Source: Thermodesulfobacteriota bacterium
GTDB taxonomy: Bacteria; Desulfobacterota; Binatia; UBA9968; JAJDTQ01
Length of the DNA stretch: 64,000 nt
NCBI GenBank assembly: GCA_965116735.1
Contig: OZ220712.1
Location: 181,907 to 245,906 of the forward strand
Direction of reading: 5' to 3'
Shown: positions 17,483-27,059 of the stretch, in pieces
Layout: each line of letters starts with the position of its first letter
How positions within the stretch are numbered: position 1 is the first letter of the stretch
The notes under the pieces: model-generated
What the model was told of the DNA's origin: nothing
What the model saw: the letters and a program-made list of their open reading frames with translations, nothing else
Database searches by the model: none
Program-made: the position numbers and the translations under genes

Positions 17483-18799
17483 ATGACCAACACCCTCGCA
17501 CGCATCGGCGAAAAGCTCCACGTCTTCCGCGTCCTCCGCTACCGCGGCTTCCGCCTCTACTGGTTCGGACACCTCATCGCCGTGGCGGGCCACCAGATGG
17601 TAATCCTCGCCCAAGACTGGCTGGCCTGGGAGCTGACGCGGTCCGAGTACGTGCTGGGCGCCCTCGGGCTCGTGGCGGCCGCGCCGGCGGTGGCGCTGAC
17701 GCTCTTCGGCGGCGCCGCCGCCGACAAGCTCGAGCTGCGCCGTTTCCTCATGCTGCTCCAGCACGTCACCGCGCTCCTGCTGTTCGCCATCGCGACGCTG
17801 GTGGTGACGGGATGGGTTCGGGTCTGGCATGTGTTCGCGGTCGCCTTCATCCACGGCGGCATACAGGCGTTCGACCACCCCGCCCGCCAGGCGCTGTTCC
17901 CCCACCTCCTGGATCGTTCGCACCTGATGAACGCCGTGAGCCTCAATTCCATGATCTGGCCCGGCACGCGCATCTTCGGCCCCGCCCTGGCGGGATTCAT
18001 CATCGGCTACGTGGCGTGGTACACGGGCGCGCCCCTGTCCGGTGCCGGAGCCGCCTACTACGTGGCCGCCGCCACCTACCTGGCGTTCGGCCTGTTGCTC
18101 CTTCCGGTGCGGGTGCCCGTCATCGAGCGCACCCGGGGCGGCAGCTTCCTCCGCACTCTCATGGGCGGGCTGTCGTTCGTCTGGACCCGCAAGCTGTTCC
18201 GTTCCCTCATCGGCCTGAACTACCTGGACATCTTCTTCCTGGCGTCCCACACCGCGTTGCTGCCGGTCTTCGCCGACGTGGTGTTCCGGGGCGGCGCCAC
18301 GACCCTGGGCAACCTGTACGTGGTCAGCGGCATCGGCGCCCTGATCGGCGCCTTGATCGGCGCCAACCTGGGCTACTTCCCGAGACGCGGCTGGCTGGTT
18401 CTCTCGGGCGCGGGAATCCACGCCTTCTTCCTGATGCTGTTCGGGTTCTCCGGCGTCTATCCGCTGGCATTGTGCCTGCTGCTGATGTCCGGCATCGGCC
18501 TCTCCATCTTCATGATAAGCACCCAGACCTCGGTGCAGACCCGCGTGCCCGACGATTACCGCGGCCGGGTCATGGCCATCTGGGGCATGAACTACAGCGT
18601 CGTCCTCCCCCTGGGACAACTGCAGATGGGCGCCGTCGCCGGCCTGTCCCGGGACCACCTGTCCCCGTTCCTCGGCGGCTTGGCCGGCGCGCCGTCGGCG
18701 GTGATCCTGGGCGGGGTCCTGATGCTAGCGGTGACGGCCGTTACCGCGGCGGCCAACCGCGGGGTGCGGGAGCTCACGCCGGAGGGGCCGCCGGAATAG
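17483..18799 (+). CDS. MFS transporter (EntS/MFS_3-like)
   Basis: 12-TM-like hydrophobic profile. N-terminal ..FRVLRYRGFRLYWFGHLIA.. The ATG lies 4 nt after the terminator T-tract. Confidence 0.85.
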   Translation: MTNTLARIGEKLHVFRVLRYRGFRLYWFGHLIAVAGHQMVILAQDWLAWELTRSEYVLGALGLVAAAPAVALTLFGGAAADKLELRRFLMLLQHVTALLLFAIATLVVTGWVRVWHVFAVAFIHGGIQAFDHPARQALFPHLLDRSHLMNAVSLNSMIWPGTRIFGPALAGFIIGYVAWYTGAPLSGAGAAYYVAAATYLAFGLLLLPVRVPVIERTRGGSFLRTLMGGLSFVWTRKLFRSLIGLNYLDIFFLASHTALLPVFADVVFRGGATTLGNLYVVSGIGALIGALIGANLGYFPRRGWLVLSGAGIHAFFLMLFGFSGVYPLALCLLLMSGIGLSIFMISTQTSVQTRVPDDYRGRVMAIWGMNYSVVLPLGQLQMGAVAGLSRDHLSPFLGGLAGAPSAVILGGVLMLAVTAVTAAANRGVRELTPEGPPE

Positions 18800-18893
18800 G
18801 GCAGGGTCGTTGCAGCTTCGAAATGGTTGCCTGTTAGCAAGCTCTATGGTATGAAATAACGACTTTCCAACTTTCATACATGGGGGACGCACG

Positions 18894-19187
18894 ATGCCGT
18901 TGGTCACCGTCAAGTCGAAGTTCCAGGTCACCATACCGGCCAAGCTGCGTAGAGGTATCCATCTGCGCGAGGGCGATGTCATGGAGGCCACTGTCATGGG
19001 AGATGGCATCCTCTTCCGTCCCATGGAGGTCGTGAATAGAAATGCCGCCGCCGATCGTGTCGCTGCCGGTCTTGCGGCCACGAGGCAGTCCTCCGAAGAT
19101 CTCGGCCGCACGGAGGACGAGATCATGGAGGATGCCATCGCCGACATCGCAGACTCTCGCCGAGAACGTCGCAACCGTAAGGCATGA
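18894..19187 (+). CDS. AbrB/MazE/SpoVT-family antitoxin
   Basis: MPLVTVKSKFQVTIPAKLRRGIHLREGD.. swapped-hairpin motif. Confidence 0.8.
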   Translation: MPLVTVKSKFQVTIPAKLRRGIHLREGDVMEATVMGDGILFRPMEVVNRNAAADRVAAGLAATRQSSEDLGRTEDEIMEDAIADIADSRRERRNRKA

Positions 19188-19576
19188 ACGTTGTCGTCGA
19201 CTGCAACGTCCTGGTGGCGGCGGCCCGCATAGACGGCGTCTGCAGGAGGGTTATCAGCAACGTAGTCCGGCGGCACAACATTGTCCTTTCGGAGCCAGTT
19301 CTTGCCGAGTACAGGTCCGTCGCTGAACGACCCAAACATGCGCCTTACCGTGACACACTACGAACCGTGATTGTGGAGTTTGAACGCGTGGCAGACTTTG
19401 TGGAACCGGCTGGAGTCGCCTTCGGTCTCAGAGACCCGGATGATGAAGTTTATCTGGCAACCGCAACCTCCGGCGACGCAATCTTGATAACTGGGAATCG
19501 CCGCGATTTCACCCAACTACGGTACGGATCCGTCGAGGTGTTTTCGCCACGCGCTTTTCTCGACGAAGTCCTGTGA
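19184..19576 (+). CDS. PIN-domain toxin (TIGR00305-like)
   Basis: ATGA overlap with the antitoxin gene. VVVDCNVLV.. and ..DPDDEVYLATA..ITGNRRDF.. acidic PIN residues. Confidence 0.8.
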   Translation: MNVVVDCNVLVAAARIDGVCRRVISNVVRRHNIVLSEPVLAEYRSVAERPKHAPYRDTLRTVIVEFERVADFVEPAGVAFGLRDPDDEVYLATATSGDAILITGNRRDFTQLRYGSVEVFSPRAFLDEVL

Positions 19577-19708
19577 CGGAAATTTAAGATCAACTCCATG
19601 CTCGAGGCTTGGCCGGTGCCCTGTCGGTGATGGTACACTGCTTGACGTCAGGATTCGACCGAGTTGGGGGCGCCTTTCCCGTAGACAACCGAGAACCGGA
19701 GCCCGTAA

Positions 19709-21817
19709 ATGGACTACATCATCGGCGTCGATATCGGCGGCACCTGCACGGACTGCGTCATCCTGGACGCCGACGGTAAGCTGACCATCGGGAAGGCGCT
19801 GTCGACGCCCCACGACTTTTCCCAGGGCGTCATCGATTCCCTCGCGGACGGAGCCGCGAATCTCGGGCTAGCCTCCGTGGACGACCTGCTCCGCTCGACC
19901 CGCCTCTTCTTCCATGCCTGCACCGTCGCCGACAACACTCTCATCACCCGCACCGGGGCGCGAACCGGGCTGGTGGCTACCGAGGGCTTCGCGGACAGCT
20001 TCCTGATGATGCGCGGCAATGTGACCCACGGCCTGACGGAGGCCGAGGCCTCGCACATCGCGGGCCTGGAAAAGCCGGAGCCGCTGGCGCCGCGGAGCCT
20101 GACCGGGGAGGTGCGGGGGCGCATCGACTACAAGGGATCGGTGCTGATCGAAGCCGACGAGGCGCAGATCGAGGAGGTGGTGGAGCGCCTCGCGGCCAAG
20201 GGGGTGGAGTCGGTGGCCGTGTGCCTGCTGTGGTCCATCGCCAACGACGCCCACGAGAAGGCGGTGGCCGAGGTGATCCGCCGCAAGCATCCCGAGATCC
20301 ATGTGAGCTGCTCGAGCGACGTTGCGCCGTTCCTGGGCGAGTACGAGCGCACCGCGACGACGATCTTCAACGCCTACATCGGCCCCCGGATCGCTTCGTA
20401 CCTGCGCAACCTTCAGCAAGGCCTCGCGGACCGGGGGCTTGCGAGCGATCCCCTGGTGATGCAGGCCTACGGCGGGATGCTGGGCATCGAAGCCGCCTCC
20501 CAACGGGCCATCGGCGCCCTGGAGTCCGGACCCGCAGCCGGGGTCGTGGGAAGCAGGTTCATCGGCGACCTCATCGACGAGCCCAACGTCCTGGCGGCGG
20601 ACATGGGCGGCACTACCTTCAAGGTCAGCCTGGTAAGGAACGGCGTCATCGAGCGGGACTACCAGCCGGTGTTCGAGCGCTACAGCATCCTGGCGCCCAA
20701 GATCTGGGTGGCCTCCATCGGCGCGGGTGGCGGCAGCATCGCCTGGATCGACCGCACTTCCGGCCTGCTCAAGGTCGGCCCCCAGGGGGCGGGCGCGGCC
20801 CCCGGCCCGGTGGCCTACGGCGTCGGCGGGAGCGAGCCGACGGTGTGCGACGCCGACGTGGCTCTCGGGTATCTGAACCCCGACTACTTTCTGGGGGGCC
20901 GTCTCGCACTCAGGAAGGAGGAGGCCGTGGCCGCCATCGAGGAGCGCATCGCCGGGCCGCTGGGGATGACCGTGACGGCGGCCGCCGGCGGCATCTTCCG
21001 GATTATCAACGCCCACATGAGCGATCTCATCCGCCGCTGCACGGTGGAGCGGGGGCAGGACCCGCGGGAGTTCACCATGGTGGCCATCGGCGGCTCCGCG
21101 CCCGCCCACGCCTCGCGCTGCGCACATCAGCTCGGCATGCGCAAGGTGGTCATTCCGCTGACGGCCTCGGTGCACGCGGCCACCGGTCTGATCTCCGCGG
21201 ACGTGACCTACGAGTACGGCATGTCCGACCACGTGGTGGCGCCGCTGGACCCGGTGCGGCTCAACGCCGGCTTCGACACGCTGCGCGCCCGCGCCGCCGC
21301 CGACCTCGCGAGCGCTGGTTTCCGGGACGGCGGCACCGAGATTCTGCGCAGCGTGGACATGCGCTACCGCTACCAGGTCAACGAGATCAACGTGCCGGTG
21401 CCGGGGCGGGAGCCGGTGGGGAGCGATGACCTGGAGCAGCTCTACGCCCGGTTCGACGATCTCTACGAGCAGTCCTACGGGAAGGGAGCCGGGTATCCGG
21501 AGGCGGGCAGGGAGATGCTGTCGTTGCGCGTCACGGCTGTCGGCAAGCTGGCCAGGCCGGCGGTCCACAGGAGCGAGGCCGGGCCGGGCGATGCCGCGTC
21601 GGCGCGCAAGGGAACGCGGGAGGCGTACTTCGAGGAACACGGAGACTTCGTCCCCACCGAGGTCTACGACTTCGAGGGCCTGTCCCCCGGCGCCGGGATC
21701 GCCGGCCCGGCCATCATCGAGACGCCGGTCACCACCATCGTCGTGAACCCCAACGACCGCGCGGAGATGGACGCGTTCCGCAACATCGTGATTTACGTAG
21801 GCCAAGGGTCGGGATAA
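19709..21817 (+). CDS. hydantoinase/oxoprolinase A-type subunit (acetone carboxylase beta-like)
   Basis: MDYIIGVDIGGTCTDCV.. 702 aa. Confidence 0.9.
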   Translation: MDYIIGVDIGGTCTDCVILDADGKLTIGKALSTPHDFSQGVIDSLADGAANLGLASVDDLLRSTRLFFHACTVADNTLITRTGARTGLVATEGFADSFLMMRGNVTHGLTEAEASHIAGLEKPEPLAPRSLTGEVRGRIDYKGSVLIEADEAQIEEVVERLAAKGVESVAVCLLWSIANDAHEKAVAEVIRRKHPEIHVSCSSDVAPFLGEYERTATTIFNAYIGPRIASYLRNLQQGLADRGLASDPLVMQAYGGMLGIEAASQRAIGALESGPAAGVVGSRFIGDLIDEPNVLAADMGGTTFKVSLVRNGVIERDYQPVFERYSILAPKIWVASIGAGGGSIAWIDRTSGLLKVGPQGAGAAPGPVAYGVGGSEPTVCDADVALGYLNPDYFLGGRLALRKEEAVAAIEERIAGPLGMTVTAAAGGIFRIINAHMSDLIRRCTVERGQDPREFTMVAIGGSAPAHASRCAHQLGMRKVVIPLTASVHAATGLISADVTYEYGMSDHVVAPLDPVRLNAGFDTLRARAAADLASAGFRDGGTEILRSVDMRYRYQVNEINVPVPGREPVGSDDLEQLYARFDDLYEQSYGKGAGYPEAGREMLSLRVTAVGKLARPAVHRSEAGPGDAASARKGTREAYFEEHGDFVPTEVYDFEGLSPGAGIAGPAIIETPVTTIVVNPNDRAEMDAFRNIVIYVGQGSG

Positions 21818-21818
21818 T

Positions 21819-21846
21819 GTAGGGGCGACCGGTGGTCGCCCCTGTC
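21819..21846. repeat. REP family B
   Basis: gtaggggcgaccggtggtcgcccctgtc, immediately after the stop at 21817. Confidence 0.8.
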
Positions 21847-21883
21847 GGGGTCCGCCGCGGTGCAGAGTCCCTCGGAGAACAGC

Positions 21884-23710
21884 ATGACCACCACCACCGG
21901 CAACGGCAGCGTCGACCCCATCACCCTGGAGATCCTGTCGCACAGGCTGTACCAGATCGCCCGGGAGATGGGGATCACCCTGGAGCGGGTCGGCGGCTCG
22001 GTGAACACAACGCAGCAGCACGACTACATGGCGTCGCTCTACACCGCGGACGGCGACGTGCTATCGGCCGGCGAGTCCCTGGGGCAACACGTGGCTTGCG
22101 CCGGCTTCGCGGTGAAGAAGATCATCGAGCGGTTCGAGGACGGCGAGGGCATCGACCCCGACGACGTCTTCCTGCTGAACGACCCGTACGTGGCGGCCAT
22201 CCACCAGTCGGACGTCTACGTCATCGCCCCGATTCACTACGAGGGCCGCCGCATCGCCTGGAGCGCCACCTTCGTCCACGTGATGGACATCGGCGCCATG
22301 TCGCCTGGCGGCAACTCGCCCGGGGCCACGGAGATTTGCCACGAGGGAGTGCGGGTGCCGGGTCTCAAGCTGGTGGAACGCGGCCAGCTTCGCCGGGACG
22401 TCTTCGACACGATCCTCAACATGACGCGGCAGCCCGTGATGGTGGGGCTGGACCTCAAGTGCGAGATCGCCGCCAACAACGTCGCCAAGGCGAGGATACA
22501 GGAAATCGCCGAGCAGTACGGCCCGGATCTCCTGGAGCGGGTGTCGGCGGAGATCATCCGTTACACGGAGTCGGTGCTGCGGCAACGGATCGGCGAGTTC
22601 GCCGACGGCTCCTGGAGCGGCACGGCCCTCATCCAGGGCGACCAGGCCTGGAAGATGCACCTCACCCTGAACAAGCGCGACGACCGCCTGATCTTCGACT
22701 TCGCCGGCAGCGATCCCCAGGCCACGACCGGCATCAACATGCCGTACCACGCCACCTTTGGGACCTGCTTCGCCGCGGTCGTCGAGACCCTCGGCTTCGA
22801 CATCCCCCGGAACCACGGCGCCTTCGGGCCCATCGAGGTCATCGCGCCGCCGGGCACGGTGGTCAATGCCCGGTACCCGGCTCCGGTGTCCCTCAACACC
22901 ACCTCGGGTGCGGCCACCTGCCGCTACCTGGCTCCCGCGGTGTTGATGCAGATGCTGGCCACCAGCGAGAGCTGGCGGAACGAGGTGATGGCTTCCAACG
23001 CCGGCCACCGTTTCGCCCGCCACGCCGGCGTCAACCAGCACGGCCGCTACTACGTGTCGAGCCTTTCCGAGGGGGCCATCGACGGCTACGGCGCCCGCGC
23101 CGACAAGGACGGGGTGGACTCCGGCGGCCGCGGCTGGCACTCGTGCCAGAACGTCGAGTGGGTGGAGCAGAACTTTCCCGTCCTCTACCTGTTCCGCCGC
23201 CACCTGAAGGACGGAGCCGGAGCGGGGCGCTACCGCGGCGGCGCCGGTGCGGAGACCGCGCTCACGGTGCACGACGCCCCGGAAGGCGGCATCAAGGGCG
23301 TGGCGCTGGGAGTAGCCGGGCTCAGGAACTCGGGACAGGGAGTTTTCGGCGGCCTGTCCGCCGCCCCCAGCCTGCTGGTCCTGAAGGAAGGGACCTCCGT
23401 CTGGGACACGATCCACGACAACCGCCACCCGGTGGACGCGGAGGCCATGGGCGGCACGTCGGACATGCTCCCGTATTGCGACTTCGACCTGCGCACCGAT
23501 GACGTCCTGTACATGCGCATGGCCAGCGGCGGAGGCTACGGCGATCCCCTGGACCGGGACCCCGAGGCGGTGCTGCGGGACGTGGTCAACGGCATCGTTT
23601 CGGCGGAGGCCGCCCGGGACATCTACGGCGTCGCCCTGGATCAACCGGCAATGCGGGTGGACGCGGCCGCCACCGAGGAGCTTCGCGCCCGGATTCGGGA
23701 ACGGCGGTAG
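21884..23710 (+). CDS. hydantoinase B/oxoprolinase-type subunit (acetone carboxylase alpha-like)
   Basis: ..DPITLEILSHRLYQIAREMG.. typical HyuB N-terminus. 608 aa. Confidence 0.9.
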   Translation: MTTTTGNGSVDPITLEILSHRLYQIAREMGITLERVGGSVNTTQQHDYMASLYTADGDVLSAGESLGQHVACAGFAVKKIIERFEDGEGIDPDDVFLLNDPYVAAIHQSDVYVIAPIHYEGRRIAWSATFVHVMDIGAMSPGGNSPGATEICHEGVRVPGLKLVERGQLRRDVFDTILNMTRQPVMVGLDLKCEIAANNVAKARIQEIAEQYGPDLLERVSAEIIRYTESVLRQRIGEFADGSWSGTALIQGDQAWKMHLTLNKRDDRLIFDFAGSDPQATTGINMPYHATFGTCFAAVVETLGFDIPRNHGAFGPIEVIAPPGTVVNARYPAPVSLNTTSGAATCRYLAPAVLMQMLATSESWRNEVMASNAGHRFARHAGVNQHGRYYVSSLSEGAIDGYGARADKDGVDSGGRGWHSCQNVEWVEQNFPVLYLFRRHLKDGAGAGRYRGGAGAETALTVHDAPEGGIKGVALGVAGLRNSGQGVFGGLSAAPSLLVLKEGTSVWDTIHDNRHPVDAEAMGGTSDMLPYCDFDLRTDDVLYMRMASGGGYGDPLDRDPEAVLRDVVNGIVSAEAARDIYGVALDQPAMRVDAAATEELRARIRERR

Positions 23711-23724
23711 GCAAGGTGGCAAGG

Positions 23725-23747
23725 GTAGGGGCGACCGGCGGTCGCCC
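23725..23747. repeat. REP family B
   Basis: gtaggggcgaccggcggtcgccc. Confidence 0.8.
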
Positions 23748-23788
23748 ACGGGTCTACCGCGTGGCCGGCGCCACAAGAGGATGCGAAC

Positions 23789-24040
23789 ATGAAGCGACCG
23801 TTCAGAGAGAACCTGGAGTTGGATACAAACGTGGACCCGCCCCAGGTCGTATGCGCCCGATGCGGCTTTTCGTTCGGCGGAGAAGCCGAATGGAAGGAAC
23901 GCAGCCACCGGAAGCTGTCGCCTCCCACAGCGGCCGGTCCCCTCATGACGGACCTGGAAGGCCAGTTCCTCCTTCAACAGCTCTTCTGCCCCTCCTGCAA
24001 GACGCTGCTCGATTCCGAGATCGTGGAAGCGGCCGGCTGA
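23789..24040 (+). CDS. acetone carboxylase gamma-subunit-like Zn-ribbon protein (83 aa)
   Basis: CARCG..F....EWK ... FCPSCKTLLDSE pattern, in the gene order A-type, B-type, gamma. AGAGGA RBS. Confidence 0.65.
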   Translation: MKRPFRENLELDTNVDPPQVVCARCGFSFGGEAEWKERSHRKLSPPTAAGPLMTDLEGQFLLQQLFCPSCKTLLDSEIVEAAG

Positions 24041-24042
24041 CG

Positions 24043-24768
24043 ATGAGAATTCTGCTCTTCGTGGTCGCGGTGATCGCGACTGGAAATCACGTTGCCTCCG
24101 CCGCCGACTACACTCCCGGGCGGAGCTTCGACTATTTCAGCAAGACGACCTACAAGGACAGGGACTGGAACGTCACGTTCTACGAGAACTGCGAGCTTCC
24201 CGAATACTCCTCGACGGAGTGGATCAGGGAGCAAGGCGAGAGGTTCCTGCGCTTCACCCTGAAGAACGGGCAGGTAGGGGGATGCCGCAGCGACAACCGC
24301 CGCAGGCACCGGGCGCCGTACTGGGAACGGGCGGAAATCAAGCAGACGACCACCCTGGAGAAGGACCACGACTATTCACTGACCTACAGGGTCAGGTTCC
24401 TGAAGGGATTCGACAACGATCGGGAGGACTTCCTGCAAGTGCACCAGTCGGTCAGCGGTTGCCGGGTCGGCCCTCTGGTCATGCTGAAATTCAGCAGCGG
24501 GCGCCTTCTGGGCGCCACGACGCCCCTTTCTGTGGGGAAAATTCTCGGGAAGTGGGTGAACGTCAGGTTCGACTTCAACGCTGCGAGATCCTACGACCTG
24601 TATGTCGACGGCAAGACGATCATTGACAACAAGATCATTCGCCGAAAAAACCCGTGCGGCGAGCCGCATCTGAAGATCGGGATCTATCGCCCGGGGGATT
24701 CCGAGGCAACCGGTGACAGGCTGTCCGTGATGGACGTCGACAAGTTGAGGCTGATCGACAGGAAGTAG
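24043..24768 (+). CDS. secreted concanavalin-like protein, possibly polysaccharide-lyase-like
   Basis: Signal peptide MRILLFVVAVIATGNHVASA. AT-richer than its neighbours. The family call is only a weak recollection (..RAPYWERAEI..). Confidence 0.5.
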   Translation: MRILLFVVAVIATGNHVASAADYTPGRSFDYFSKTTYKDRDWNVTFYENCELPEYSSTEWIREQGERFLRFTLKNGQVGGCRSDNRRRHRAPYWERAEIKQTTTLEKDHDYSLTYRVRFLKGFDNDREDFLQVHQSVSGCRVGPLVMLKFSSGRLLGATTPLSVGKILGKWVNVRFDFNAARSYDLYVDGKTIIDNKIIRRKNPCGEPHLKIGIYRPGDSEATGDRLSVMDVDKLRLIDRK

Positions 24769-24855
24769 GTTCGAAACGGTCGTCGAGGCTCGACCAGCGC
24801 GCTTCCGGATCCAGCCCGGGCTCGTTGCGAAGGCCGCGTTGGCCCTTCGCCGACG

Positions 24856-25899
24856 ATGGCTTATAGTGTTCCGATGATAGGCACACCGCTCTCCGTTCTT
24901 GACCTGTCGCCGATCGTCGAGGGCGGCGACGCTCGGCAGGCGTTGCTCAATACCATCGACCTGGCGCGCCATGCCGACGCATGGGGCTACACGCGCTACT
25001 GGCTGGCCGAGCATCACAACATGGCCGGTATCGCCAGTGCCGCGACGGCCGTGGTGGTCGGCCATGTCGCCCAGGCCACGGCATCCATCCGGGTCGGCGC
25101 CGGCGGCGTCATGCTGTCCAACCATGCCCCGCTCATCATCGCCGAACAGTTCGGCACCCTGGCGGCCCTTTATCCGGGCCGGATCGATCTGGGTATAGGG
25201 CGCGCACCCGGCACCGACCGGTACACCGAACGCGCCCTGCGCCGCACCCTCGCCGGCAACCTCGATGACTTCCCGCAAGACGTGCTGGAGTTGCAACACT
25301 ATTTCAAGGAACCGGCACCGAATCAGTTCGTGCACGCCGTGCCGGGTGCCGGCCTGAACGTGCCGCTGTGGATCCTGGGGTCCAGCCTCTACGGCGCCCA
25401 GCTCGCCGCCGCCCTTGGGCTCCCGTATGCCTTTGCCTCGCACTTCGCGCCGGCGGCCCTGATGCAGGCCATCGCCGTCTACCGCCAACGCTTCGAACCG
25501 TCGGCACAGCTCGACAAGCCCTATGTCATGGTAGGCATGACCGTCGTCGCCGCCGATACCGATGACGAAGCCCACTTCCTCAGAACCTCGATCCTGCGGT
25601 CCTTCGTCAACCGGCGCCGCGGCGGCATGCCGGGTAAGCTGCCTCCGCCCGCCGCCGACTTTGAAGATCAAGTGGCTCCGCACGAGCGTGCGATGATCGC
25701 GGAGGCCCTGTCCTGCTCCGCCGTCGGCGCGCCCGATACGGTCGAACGCGAGATTGCCGCCTTCGTTGAGCGCACCGGTGCCGACGAGGTCATGATCACC
25801 GCGAACATCCATGATCACGCCAAGCGGCTGCGGTCCTTCGAACTGGTGGCCGGGATGATGGGTGCCAACCCGGAGCTTCAGCGAAGCGCCGTGCGCTAG
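24856..25899 (+). CDS. LLM-class (luciferase-like) flavin-dependent oxidoreductase
   Basis: ..LSVLDLSPI.. and ..[18 protein letters not shown].. motifs. The start could also be 24874. Confidence 0.9.
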   Translation: MAYSVPMIGTPLSVLDLSPIVEGGDARQALLNTIDLARHADAWGYTRYWLAEHHNMAGIASAATAVVVGHVAQATASIRVGAGGVMLSNHAPLIIAEQFGTLAALYPGRIDLGIGRAPGTDRYTERALRRTLAGNLDDFPQDVLELQHYFKEPAPNQFVHAVPGAGLNVPLWILGSSLYGAQLAAALGLPYAFASHFAPAALMQAIAVYRQRFEPSAQLDKPYVMVGMTVVAADTDDEAHFLRTSILRSFVNRRRGGMPGKLPPPAADFEDQVAPHERAMIAEALSCSAVGAPDTVEREIAAFVERTGADEVMITANIHDHAKRLRSFELVAGMMGANPELQRSAVR

Positions 25900-25933
25900 T
25901 CGCAGGCGCCGTGGCGACGGTGTCCAGTCTAAC

Positions 25934-26953
25934 CTATCCGCTCTCTTCCCGATCCAGCCCCGTCATCTCCAGCATCGGCCGGTCGGTCACCGAGAACAGG
26001 ATCGCGGGCTCGTTCTCCGAGGCGTTCCGGAAGTGGTGCCAGCGCCACGGCGGCAGGGTGAAGGCGTCGTTGATCTCCCATTCCAACTCGATGGGCTCGT
26101 CCCGGTCGACAACGGTGGCGCCCTGTCCCTGCACCACGTGGTAGTGGGTGGTGCCCATGTGGCGGTGGGGCACGGTGGCCCGGCCCGGCAGCAGCATCTG
26201 GATGTGGCAGGTCATGGTGAGGAAGGTATGGCCGCCGGTGACCGGGTTCTTGTATTCCAGCAGCACGCCGTCGTGGGGGTCGCCGCCGCCTGCCCCCGCG
26301 ACCTCCTGCAGCGCCTCCAAGGTCTCGTCCCACTTGTAGTGGTAGGGGACGCCGGCCCCTTCGAACCGCACCTCCCGCTCGCGTATCGGGCCGTAGAGGC
26401 GGCGCGAGGCGCCGGACTTCCGGGTCAGTGGCTGCTGCATGCCCTCCGACCACTCTTCCCGGAATTGCGATGCGCCGAGGAAGTTCACCACCCCGACGTC
26501 GAGGGCGTCGATCCAGATGATGGGTTCCTTGGAATCGTTGACGTGGTCGTGCCACACCCAGTTGGGCTGGATCAGCAGGTCGCCGGGCTGCATGGTCATG
26601 GGCTCGCCGTTGGAGGTGGTGTAGGCGCCGCCGCCTTGGACCACGAAGCGTAGCGCCGTGTTGGTGTGCCGGTGCGCCGGCGCGGCCTCTCCCGGCATCA
26701 CGATCTGGTAACCCATGATGATGGTGCGGCTCGCGGTCTCCAGGCCGACGTTCCGGCGGAAGGCCTCCGGCCCGATGCTGATCACGTCCGCCGCCTGCAT
26801 CAGCGCCGGGTAGACCTCATCCCAGCGCCACAGCCGGGGCTCGACCGTGTGGTGCTCGCGCTGGCGCTGCCAGTAGCCCACCAGCCCGAGGCCGGCGAAT
26901 TTCTCGTGCAGTTCGTCACGCCTTTTCTGATGATCCGTTGCCCCTTTGGCCAT
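25934..26953 (-). CDS. gentisate 1,2-dioxygenase-like bicupin dioxygenase (paralogue 1)
   Basis: Two cupin domains, each with HRH...WH.H motifs. AGAGGA RBS before MAKGATD. Confidence 0.85.
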   Translation of the reverse strand: MAKGATDHQKRRDELHEKFAGLGLVGYWQRQREHHTVEPRLWRWDEVYPALMQAADVISIGPEAFRRNVGLETASRTIIMGYQIVMPGEAAPAHRHTNTALRFVVQGGGAYTTSNGEPMTMQPGDLLIQPNWVWHDHVNDSKEPIIWIDALDVGVVNFLGASQFREEWSEGMQQPLTRKSGASRRLYGPIREREVRFEGAGVPYHYKWDETLEALQEVAGAGGGDPHDGVLLEYKNPVTGGHTFLTMTCHIQMLLPGRATVPHRHMGTTHYHVVQGQGATVVDRDEPIELEWEINDAFTLPPWRWHHFRNASENEPAILFSVTDRPMLEMTGLDREESG

Positions 26954-27002
26954 GTTCGTGTTCCTCTTTGTAACCGGCCCGACCTGCGTGCCGGCGCGCA
27001 AC

Positions 27003-27028
27003 AGGGGCGGGTTCGAAACCCGCCCTAC
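27003..27028. repeat. REP family A
   Basis: aggggcgggttcgaaacccgccctac. Confidence 0.8.
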
Positions 27029-27059
27029 GTGTTGACGCCCGAAACGAACCCGCCGCGCG

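Noticed and set aside
15453-17501. 682-aa minus-strand ORF
   Set aside because: Only the 3' 332 codons are amidohydrolase-like. The upstream part is antisense to the plus-strand PBP2-fold gene 16557..17423.
19868-23977. 717-aa and 638-aa minus-strand ORFs (19868..22021, 22061..23977)
   Set aside because: Both are shadows of the HyuA/HyuB-type genes, which have unmistakable family signatures on the plus strand.
23716-24768. 350-aa ORF starting at 23716
   Set aside because: Its first 109 codons overlap the REP and the gamma-subunit gene in another frame and translate to Arg/Pro/Gly-rich sequence. The signal-peptide ATG at 24043 is the credible start.
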